64,000 nt of DNA from Nemertoderma westbladi (Eukaryota; Animalia; Xenacoelomorpha). The position numbers and the translations under genes are program-made. The stretch is from positions 43,404 through 107,403 of the forward strand of contig JAUCBJ010008954.1 of the NCBI GenBank assembly GCA_032718475.1, given 5' to 3'. How positions within the stretch are numbered: the first letter of the stretch is position 1; each line of letters starts with the position of its first letter. Shown here piece by piece: positions 1 through 14,848 of the stretch. The notes under the pieces are model-generated. The model did not search any database. It worked only from the letters and a program-made list of their open reading frames with translations, and was not told the DNA's origin.

Positions 1-170
1 ACAAGTTTCCGCATGTGAGGAATCCAGCAACAAGTTTGCCGTGTGAGGAATCCAGCAACAAGTTTCCCGCGCGTGAGGAATCCAGCAACAAGTTGCTCCG
101 TTTGAGGAATCCAGCAACAAGTTTCCCGCTGGTGAAGAATCCAGCAACAAGATTCCACGTGTGAGGGATG
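1..170 (+). repeat. Tandem repeat, 28-30 bp unit with core GAGGAATCCAGCAACAAG, about 6 units, truncated by the window edge
   Basis: The core recurs with short variable linkers. The 30-bp units read EESSNKFP.., and that frame ends at TAA 176-178. Confidence 0.85.
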
Positions 171-726
171 GAAGATAAATATATTAGGACCTCAATAACG
201 TATCTTCTATACTCAATCTACTCTTGTATTGAGCATTACACACATCGGCATTTTAGACCTAAATAAAACTCTGACAACTTGTGCAATACACTCCAACATA
301 ATAGTTGAATAGTTGAACTGCGCTGTTTCTGGATAGTTTTTTTTTCTTGTCGAATAACATTAAAAATTATGATGGCAATTTTCGAAATATGTATAATGCA
401 GGTAGAGAGAGGTGCGTGATTTTGTTTTAACATTGTTACCTCCTTTAATAATGGCATTAAAAACGCGAAAAAAAAAACAGTATGTACTTTCCAATAATGC
501 AGTTAAACAATGGAAACATGATGAACAGATTAACTTTTAGTTTAATGAGGATGTTTTGTTACATTAATTTTTACTAAAGTCATCAAATTTAATTTTTCAC
601 TCACCAATCTGATAAGGGTCACAATGGATATCGAAAGTAATTACTGCACATAGCTGACATAAATAATTTGTACCTCCCTACTGCCATCATACTGATAAGT
701 ACAGTAAGAACTAGAACAGCACCATT

Positions 727-3700
727 ATGGAAGAATCATGTTCCTTCACTGGGGTAATAATAACATCATATTCAACTAATAATTCATTAAACTGTATCAA
801 CTGCCAACCACTCGAGGAAGGATCTGTCTCTACAACTCGACGTAGACTGATTTTCTCTGAGTTATTAGCCGTTGTTGACTGGAAGAATGTGCCTGATGGT
901 GAAGGAAGTGATGGCAGTGCTACTGGAAACATACATGTCATAGATTGCATGTCACAAGTTACATTTGATATAATAAAATATTCAGTTCTCATTCAAAATA
1001 GTCACAGTGAATACACCTACGCTCCATATCGTAAAACACACAATGATCGTGAATACAGTTATTCAATATATTTCAAAAATTATATGGAATTTATGAGATT
1101 TCAAAATATTTACTATAAAGAATGGCTCCCTATGTATTTTTCTGGTGTTGTAATAACAAAATCTGCAAATCAAAAAGATAATATAAAAGTTAGGCTTTAC
1201 AGGGAGGGAAAACTATTAGATTTTAATGTACGTGGCGTGGACAGTACAATGACTGACGATGTAATTAATGTTAATGAACGAATCTTCACCATGAGTAAAG
1301 ATAATATCATTACCTATACAGGTTGGCAAACATGGACTACCAGTAATACCGGTATACATATGGAGAATGAGTTGTCATTTTGGTTCACAAAATTAGAAGA
1401 GATTACAGATGTAAATCTTGATGACGGAATAGTTGAAGTTACAAAAGGGAATGACCATAATAAATTCCACTTTGATAAAGCTACACCCACAAAACGTTAC
1501 CGAGAACCATTTATTGAACCGGGTTCAGTAGGGGAGTTTATTCAAATAGTTGAATATCACCTCAAACAATTGCCTATACGTTCGCCTATACCGATGTTTC
1601 TGAAAGATAATAAGAGATCACAACTTCCATCGATACCCTTAGAACAAGATAAGGTTAGCATTACATTGATTCATGGTTCAGAAATCAAAGTGACGGCATT
1701 GTTTAAGGGGACAAGATTAAAGCCCATATACTTTCTGATCAGAGAGTTTAAATTTTCTAAATACCAGAATGACGCACAATATGGAACTTGGTTCTGTCAT
1801 ATAGGCACACCAACGATGAGAAGTAAAAAATATCCAATAGATATTTTCTCAAAATCATCCTTTAAAAAATATAAAGATTACCTGAAAATATATTTTGATG
1901 ATAGCAAAAACAATATGTACAGCTGCAAGATCAGGTTCACTTCTCGTGATGACTTTGATGCTATCATTAAATACTTGGATACATTTCTTAGTTGCAGAAA
2001 TGTTGCAGAGAAAAGCACTACCGGTACTACTTCCAGTCAGAGCAGCACCATTATGGAGGAACCCCGTTCATTTACAGGTGTAATGATAACAGCATATTCT
2101 AATAATAATACACTAAGTTGTATCAACTGCCAACCATTTGAAAAGGGATCTGTCTCTACAACTCGACGTAGACTGATTTTCTCTGAGTTATTAGCCGTTG
2201 TTGACTGGAAAAATGTGCCTGATGGTGAAGGAAGTGATGGCAGTGCTACTCATGGAAACATACATGTCATAGATTGCATGTCACAAGTTACATTTGATAT
2301 AAAAAAATATTCAGTTCTCATTCAAAATAGTAACATTGAATACATTTATCCTCCATACAGTAAAACACTAAATGATAGTGAATACAGTTATTCAATATAT
2401 TTCAAAAATTATATGGAATTTATGAGATTTCAAAATATTTACTATAAAGAATGGCTCCCAATGTATTTTTCTGGTGTTGTAGTAACAAAATCCGCAAATC
2501 AAAAAGATGATATAAAAGTTAGGCTTTACAGAGAGGGTAAACTATTAGATTTTAATGTACGTGGCGTGGACAGTACAATGACTGACGATGTAATTAATGT
2601 TAATGAACGAATCTTCACCATGAGTAAAGATAATATCGTTACCTATACAGGTTGGCAAACATGGACTACCAGTAATACCGGTATACATGTGGAGAATGAG
2701 TTGTCATTTTGGTTCACAAAATTAGAAGAAATTACAGATGTAAATCTTGATGACGGAATAGTTGAAGTTACAAAAGGAAATGATCAGTATAAACTCTATT
2801 TTGATAAACTGACACCTACTACATTATCTAAAGAAGGTCAATTAGTTGTTGAACACGGTTCAGTGGGAGAATTTATTCAAATAGTTCAATATCACCTCAA
2901 ACAACTACCTATACATTCGCCTATACCGATGTTTCTGAAAGATAAGAGACCACAACTTCCATCAATACCATTAGAACAAGATAAGGTTAGCATTAGATTG
3001 ATTTATGGTTCAGAAATAAAAGTGGCGGCATTGTTTAAGGGGATAAGATTAAAGCCCATATACTTTCTGATCAGAGAGTTTAAGTTTACAAAATACCAGA
3101 ATGACGAAGAATGTGGAAGTTGCATCTGTCATTTACGCTCACCCACGATGAGAAGTAAAGGAGATCCAATAGATATTTTCTCAAAATCATTCTTTAAAAA
3201 ATATAAAGATTACCTGAAAATATATTTTGATGATAACAAAAACAATATGTACAGCAACAGCTGCAAGATCAGGTTCACTTCTCGTGATGACTTCGATGCT
3301 ATCATTAAATACTTGGATACATTTCTTAGTTGCAGAGATATTGCAGAGAAAAGCACTACAGGTACTACTTCCAGTCAGAGCAGCACCATTATGGAGGAAC
3401 CCCGTTCATTTACAGGTGTAATGATAACAGCATATTCTAATAATAATACACTAAGTTGTATCAACTGCCAACCATTTGAAAAGGGATCTGTCTCTACAAC
3501 TCGACATAGATATATTTTTAAATTATTTGTCATTGTTGACTGGAAGAACGTGGCTGATGGTGAAGGAAGTGACGGCAGTGCTACTGGAAATGGTCACATA
3601 ATTGATAATATGTCGAAAGTTATATTTGATAACAAAAAATATTCAGTTCTCATACAAAATAGTCACACTGAATACACCTACCCTCCATATCGTAAAACAC

Positions 3701-4689
3701 AAAATAATCGTGAAACACAAAATGATCGTAAATACAGATATTCAATATATTTCAAATATTATATTGATTTTAAAAGATTTCAAAATATTTACTATAAAGA
3801 ATGGCTCCCTATGTATTTTTCTGGTGTTGTAATAACAAAATCCGCAAATCAAAAAGATGATATAAAAGTTAGGCTTTACAAGGAGGGAAAACTACTAGAT
3901 TTTAAAGCGCGTGATAAAGACACAATGACTAACGAAGTAATTACTGTTAATGAACGAATCTTCACCATGAGTAAAGATAATATCGTTACCTATACTGGTT
4001 GGCAAAGATGGACTACCAGAAATATACATGTGGAGAATGAGTTGTCATTTTGGTTCACAAAATTAGAAGAAATTACAGATGTAAATCTTGATGACGGAAT
4101 AGTTGAAGTTACAAAAGGGAATGAACATAATAAATTCCACTTTGATAAAGCTACACCCACAAAACGTTACCGAGAACCATTTATTGAACCGGGTTCAGTA
4201 GGGGAGTTTATTCAAATAGTTGAATATCACCTCAACCAACTACCTTCACATTCGCCTATACTGATGTTTCTGAAAGATAACAGTCCTCAACTTCCAATGA
4301 TACCAGTAGAACAAGATAGGGTTAGAGTTAGATTGCTTCGTGGTGATCTATTATCAAAAACACTTACCCTTGATGTGAGGGTGTTGTTTAAGGGAAAAGA
4401 GTTGGGTCCAATTTACATACCAATCAATAAGTTTGAGTTGTCAAAATTGCCAATTGACAAACAACACGGAAATGTTGACAAACCCATGACAAGAAGTGAG
4501 GACGATCCTTTCGATATTACTTCACAGTTTTATGTTCACAAATATTTGGGGAATCTGGAAATTCATGTTGATGAATGCAATAAAAAAGATATGTACAGCT
4601 GCAATATCAAGTTTAGTACACAGGATGGCTTAGATAAATTCAACCGTTACATAGAAACATTTTTGTGTGGTATTGAAACTGCTGAATAG
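727..4689 (+). CDS. Unknown 1320-aa protein made of three tandem ~444-aa repeats (starting at 727, 2053 and 3391)
   Basis: 3.96-kb uninterrupted ORF in AT-rich DNA. The repeats are joined by AEKSTTGTTSSQSSTI linkers and the frame stays open across all three copies. I do not recognise the family. Confidence 0.75.
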   Translation: MEESCSFTGVIITSYSTNNSLNCINCQPLEEGSVSTTRRRLIFSELLAVVDWKNVPDGEGSDGSATGNIHVIDCMSQVTFDIIKYSVLIQNSHSEYTYAPYRKTHNDREYSYSIYFKNYMEFMRFQNIYYKEWLPMYFSGVVITKSANQKDNIKVRLYREGKLLDFNVRGVDSTMTDDVINVNERIFTMSKDNIITYTGWQTWTTSNTGIHMENELSFWFTKLEEITDVNLDDGIVEVTKGNDHNKFHFDKATPTKRYREPFIEPGSVGEFIQIVEYHLKQLPIRSPIPMFLKDNKRSQLPSIPLEQDKVSITLIHGSEIKVTALFKGTRLKPIYFLIREFKFSKYQNDAQYGTWFCHIGTPTMRSKKYPIDIFSKSSFKKYKDYLKIYFDDSKNNMYSCKIRFTSRDDFDAIIKYLDTFLSCRNVAEKSTTGTTSSQSSTIMEEPRSFTGVMITAYSNNNTLSCINCQPFEKGSVSTTRRRLIFSELLAVVDWKNVPDGEGSDGSATHGNIHVIDCMSQVTFDIKKYSVLIQNSNIEYIYPPYSKTLNDSEYSYSIYFKNYMEFMRFQNIYYKEWLPMYFSGVVVTKSANQKDDIKVRLYREGKLLDFNVRGVDSTMTDDVINVNERIFTMSKDNIVTYTGWQTWTTSNTGIHVENELSFWFTKLEEITDVNLDDGIVEVTKGNDQYKLYFDKLTPTTLSKEGQLVVEHGSVGEFIQIVQYHLKQLPIHSPIPMFLKDKRPQLPSIPLEQDKVSIRLIYGSEIKVAALFKGIRLKPIYFLIREFKFTKYQNDEECGSCICHLRSPTMRSKGDPIDIFSKSFFKKYKDYLKIYFDDNKNNMYSNSCKIRFTSRDDFDAIIKYLDTFLSCRDIAEKSTTGTTSSQSSTIMEEPRSFTGVMITAYSNNNTLSCINCQPFEKGSVSTTRHRYIFKLFVIVDWKNVADGEGSDGSATGNGHIIDNMSKVIFDNKKYSVLIQNSHTEYTYPPYRKTQNNRETQNDRKYRYSIYFKYYIDFKRFQNIYYKEWLPMYFSGVVITKSANQKDDIKVRLYKEGKLLDFKARDKDTMTNEVITVNERIFTMSKDNIVTYTGWQRWTTRNIHVENELSFWFTKLEEITDVNLDDGIVEVTKGNEHNKFHFDKATPTKRYREPFIEPGSVGEFIQIVEYHLNQLPSHSPILMFLKDNSPQLPMIPVEQDRVRVRLLRGDLLSKTLTLDVRVLFKGKELGPIYIPINKFELSKLPIDKQHGNVDKPMTRSEDDPFDITSQFYVHKYLGNLEIHVDECNKKDMYSCNIKFSTQDGLDKFNRYIETFLCGIETAE

Positions 4690-5139
4690 TACTAATCCAG
4701 TTACTAGGCCTATATTAAATATAAAACGTTCTAAACAATAAATCATAATATAATTATTGTTCAACAGTTAGTTATCTGTAATTATTTTATTATAAAATTT
4801 CCATATATACCTGTATTTGTTAATTTTGACACAATTACTGAGACCAAATCTACAGTATGAGCTACCGATTTGTAGCATAAGAAGCTTGGCATCAGTGATC
4901 CTGTTATAGATGGTATATATATATATAAATTTGTTATTAAATACAAATTGGCAATACACCGCGCCCTGTAATATACCTAGTGTCATAATTCAGTGATATG
5001 TCCTCCCACTTATTTTACAAATCTTACTTGAGATTGCCTGAAATTTGAAACAGAGTTTCACCTCTCTCATTACTGGGTCAGTCCGAATTTATATTTCTAA
5101 TTTTGGCCTCACATAGAGAAACTACGACTAGAGAGCCCT

Positions 5140-6193
5140 GAAGGTAAAATGGTGGAAATCATAAGAGCATGTGGAATACAAGAAGTAATTGTCGCTGCCA
5201 TTGGATTGTTAATTTGTGACACAAAAGCTCAGGTACTCTTACCAGATGGGGAAACGGAGTTCTTCTCACTCAATCCTGGCTGGTGTACTGCAAGGTGAGA
5301 CATTGGCGCCATTACTATTCATACTTGTACTGGATTATGCTGAGGATGGCGACAAAGGGAGAAGATCTGGGATTCACTTGAACGCAGAAGTAGCAGATAT
5401 CCGGGAACTACTACAGTTACAGACACCAACTTTGCGGATGACATCGCCCTGTTCTCTAATAGGATAGCAGATGCGCAGCTCCTGCTGAATAAAGTATGCT
5501 GCAGCTAAGGAGGTTGGATTGCATATAAATGCTACCAAGACCGAATTCATGACTTTTAATGTTGATGGAAACTTGACAACAATTAATAATAATCAACTAA
5601 GGAAGGTTGACGACTTCCAGTACCTTGGATCATGGATAGAGAGTAGCAAAAATGACATAGAAGTTAGGAAAGCAAAGGCTTGCGTAGCTCTATCAAAAAT
5701 GGATACCATCTGGAAATCAGATCTCTCCAGGCACCTGAAGACTAAGTTCTTTCGAGCCACAGTGGAAAGTGTATTTTTATATGGGGGTGAGACCTGGACA
5801 CTGACTAAATCACTTGGACAACGAATTGATGGTTGCTACACAAGACTACTAAGGGCAGCCCTAAACATCAGCTGGAGACATGACAACGTGACAACGCCGA
5901 GCCTTATGGTACAATACCACCTGTATCAACCACCTTCCGTGAACGCAGATTAAGATTCAGTGGGCACTGCTGGCGAAGTAAAGACGAGGTTATACCAGAT
6001 CTACTTTTCTGGCAACCAACTCATGGAAAGCGTAGTCGTGGACGACCGGCAATAACATATATAGATCAACTCGAAAGGGATACTGAACTTAGGAGAAACG
6101 AAATTGCGACAACTATGGAGAATCAGGAAGCCTGGAAGGATCTCATTTCCACTGTTCGAGTTCGCTCGACTTAGTAGTAGTAGTAGTAGTAGT
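5140..6193 (+). mobile_element. 5'-truncated, degenerate RTE-clade non-LTR retrotransposon (subfamily A)
   Basis: RT motifs GVLQGETLAPLLF and DFQYLGSWI, frameshifts, and a (TAG)n tail at 6172-6192. Confidence 0.85.
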
Positions 6194-7059
6194 AAGCCCC
6201 CTTTAAACGGTTCCGTTTAAAATGAGCTAGCTAACTCAGTTGTTGGAATTCCTATTCAGAATAATAAATGTAATTAAATTAAATTTATTATACAGGCTAA
6301 AAATATTGAAATTGATATACAATCAAAATTCCAATTAGTACCAAACGATGGCAAATTTTATCAGCTATCTGGTGGTAAATAACTCATTTTTTTCAAAAAC
6401 TCGAGTTAGCGCCTTTTTATTGCCATGCGATGTATATTTATCTCATAAGTTACTGTTAGTAGCTGGTCTAGTATAGATTACCATGATAAGAACCAGCATA
6501 GCCCTTTAATTTATAATATGATTTTATTTTTGGAGCTAAAAAATATTTGATTAAAGATTGTTCATCATCGAATCATCGTACAAAATATTTTAAACAATAT
6601 TCACGCGTTTAGGAGTGATAATTCTTGTCCCAAAACAACTTCAAGAACAAACTTATATTGGTGGAGAAACAACCTGTTACCGAAGTAATTATTCTTTAAA
6701 GGAGTCCAGAAATCTGTATTATTCACTACAAATACATATCAACAAAATCTCTATGGTTGAGTAAACTGCGGACAATAAGACCATCCTTTAAAAGGGGTAG
6801 GTAGGAGTAAGGTAGAGAAGGTTGTAAAGGATAGGTTAAACCATTAAAAATTTAAGTCACAAAATATATTTAAATTAAAAAATATAACAAAAGTAAAATA
6901 ATTGTCAATATAGTCTGTTAACATAATATTGTACGTATTAATGATAGAAACTATTAAATAGCACCAAAAGTAATCTTAAAATATTATCAGCACAATTTCT
7001 TAAAACTTTGCAAAGAATGTAACTAAATGTGATTTATTCTATGATTGAGTTTCATTTAA

Positions 7060-8067
<1,008 letters not shown>

Positions 8068-8404
8068 CTAAATAGATTATTAGTAACAGATAATTAAATA
8101 ATCATGGTAATTGTATTTATTACTATTAGAAGTGACAAGGTTTCTTTATATCAAGAAAATAGCAAAAGTTAATTCATAAAGTTATTGACAATTTTCTCAA
8201 AGCCAAGTCAATATATTGACATAGTAAGTCCATAATAATATTTGACTTCGTAAGTCAAGTGAACAATAATTATTCATTTGTAAGTTTATAGGTTTATTTT
8301 TATTATTTTGAATTATTATAAAATATTTAATAAATATATAAATCAGTTTTACATGATAAAAAAACTGGAATTTATGATATGATAGGGGCACACCATACAT
8401 ATTA

Positions 8405-8809
<405 letters not shown>

Positions 8810-9124
8810 TCATAAGTCATAAACCAGGACTCCCCCCCCCCTCCCCCCACCGCATAGAATTTGCCATATTATGGTAGAACGCATGTGGAAGCTATTTCGC
8901 GTTTTCTCATGAACGTTAGTAAAGTAATATTAATGAATTTATTAAACCTAAATGATCCACCAACCCCCCCGAGATTCATTTCGCAGACTATTATTATTAA
9001 AGCCTGGAACTTCAAAAACTCTGTAGGGACTGTTAGTTTAATATTGTCGACTTTGAGAATTAAAAACTTGACGGAAATAAAACAAAACACATATAATAAA
9101 TAACATTTAATTTGTTAGACTCAC

Positions 9125-10636
9125 CTTATTGAGCAAATCCATATCTGTAAAAACCCACTCATCTTTGGAACTGTTGATTCGGAAATCGCCTTTAAACAGC
9201 GCATGTAACCCGTAGAGGAAGGAGTCGAGACTTAGTGTCTGGTGCTGGGAAGCAGAACTTAGAGCGCGGCGAGCAACCAAAGCGAGGGCGAAACATAGGG
9301 TAACGCAGAGTTGTGTGGTAGACTGTGTGTCGGAGGGGAAGTCGCAGACGGGGTGAACGGGGGGAGAGGGGTGGTGGGTAGTGGGTGGGACGAGTTGGGG
9401 TGGAGGTGGGGGTGGGACGGGTTGGGGTGGATGTTGGGGTGGGGGTGGAACGGGTTGGGGTGGGAGTTGGACGGGTTGGGGTGGGATAGGGGCGCCGGGG
9501 TGTGGGAGTGGGGTGGTTGGGTGTGGGGAGGAGTTGGGTGGGATAGGGACAGTCTGGTGTATGTGTTGGACGGGATTGGGTGGTGGTGGTGGTGGTGGTG
9601 GGGGTGCGTCATTGTTAGACTGGTCATACAAAGGTGTGCATAGTTCTAGGTCGCCCAGGGAGTCGGATTTTTGAGCGTTAGAAGGTGGAATCAGAGTGTC
9701 AGAGAGTTGCATTTGACTCAAAGTTGGAACGGAATCGGGAAATGGGACAGCCATGGGAATGTTGTGCGGGATGGAGGGTCGAGGTATAGGTGTGTCGGGA
9801 CGTGTGCTAGATAAGGCAAACGATGGGGGTGAGGGTGTTTTGGGAGGAGGAGAAGGGGGGATGGGCGTGAGACTAGGGCGGGAATAATGCGGAGCAGCGG
9901 GGGCGGTGGGGACCGCGTTGTCACGGTAACTCGATAGACTTCGAGGGAAGTCCTCGCTATCGAGCATCTCTCGCAATAAACCGGAGGAGTTATCGTCGTC
10001 GTTGCTCCGGGGTTCGGGAGTGGACCCCCGATAGGTCGGGGGGCTGGAGGAGGACTCGCTGGGATTCCGCGAGCCCCTTCCGAGGAAGAAGGACCCCCGA
10101 ACTCCGGGCGAAGATCTTTGTTGAGTTCCGCGGGCATCACCTTGCGCCCAAACATCGGCCCTTTCCCGAGCACCACCTTGCGTTTGGCCATCATCTTGTT
10201 CCCAACCATCGCCCATTGACCGGGCATCGCCCTGTGCCCGAGAATCTCCCTGCGTCCGGGTGTCGCCCTGTTTTAAGGAGTCTAACGGATCGGTTTCCTG
10301 TCGACGCGACAAACAGTGATGGATCCACTGGAGGTAAACGAAACAGAACCGTTGCCGGGATATACCGGCCGACCGGCTGTCGTAGTCGTCGTCGATGTTG
10401 GTCGTGAAGCAGGGGTCGCAGTCCACATATGACGGGTCGGCCATCGCCGCAATGGAGGAACGGATTGCCGAGTTGTTCAACCACTCCCGGAGTTTAGGCG
10501 AACCAATAGCGTAGTAGATTACTGACTTTATATAATAACCAACATATATCTTGCGCAATTCAAACACCTGTAACATCGACGCCGCGCTATTATCTACTAT
10601 GCTATATCCTTCCAGTATGTATTTGGTTGCTGTGAC
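9125..10636 (-). CDS. pcx: Pecanex exon 10 (contains a long Pro-rich insertion)
   Basis: VTATKYILEGYSI..MLQVFELRKIYVGYYIKSVIYY...FLYGLHALFKGDFRI. tttag| acceptor and |gtgagt donor, 1512 bp. Confidence 0.9.
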
Positions 10637-10814
10637 CTAAAATAAACAATAAATTATAAATAACTTATTAAACCAGTTATTCAAACAAAACGGTATATTA
10701 TAATAATAACTTTTAATTACCCAAAACACGAACGAAAAGAAAACTATTATTATTGATAAACGTACGAAGAACTCTTATATTTGGACAAAGAGTTACCAGA
10801 CCAAGTCTAGTTTA

Positions 10815-11201
<387 letters not shown>

Positions 11202-11286
11202 TTAGTCGGGGTAGGAACGTTATTGATATAACAATATAATAGGGGGATAACTAATATACTAATAAAATAATAATCTTTCATTTTTA

Positions 11287-14461
<3,175 letters not shown>

Positions 14462-14848
14462 GGGTCGATTACGCAAAAAATGGCCAAATTCCAGGTTAAA
14501 ATATTTTAAAAAAAATTTTTCGCAAACCCTATCAAACCATACATATTTTGAAAGCCCTTTATGTGCTGATTTCAAATTTCATAGTGGTTCGTTTTTTCCA
14601 CCAATAGTAAAGAAGTTATGGACGAAAAACGTATGTCCTGTCGGTAACGATTTGTCTCATATGTAACGCAAGTTTAAACCAATCAGGTAGTCGCTAGAGT
14701 TTAAACTGACCAATCAAATAAGAAATAATTTGGAGGGATTTTATTATGACATAATATCGAAATTATTATGATACAGTTATATGCAATATTACAACATACA
14801 ATATTACAATATACAATACTGCAATATAAATTATTAAATGCACAACTC

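Noticed and set aside
1-170. CRISPR-like repeat/spacer pattern
   Set aside because: The linkers are only ~10-12 bp and resemble each other, the context is eukaryotic, and there are no cas genes.
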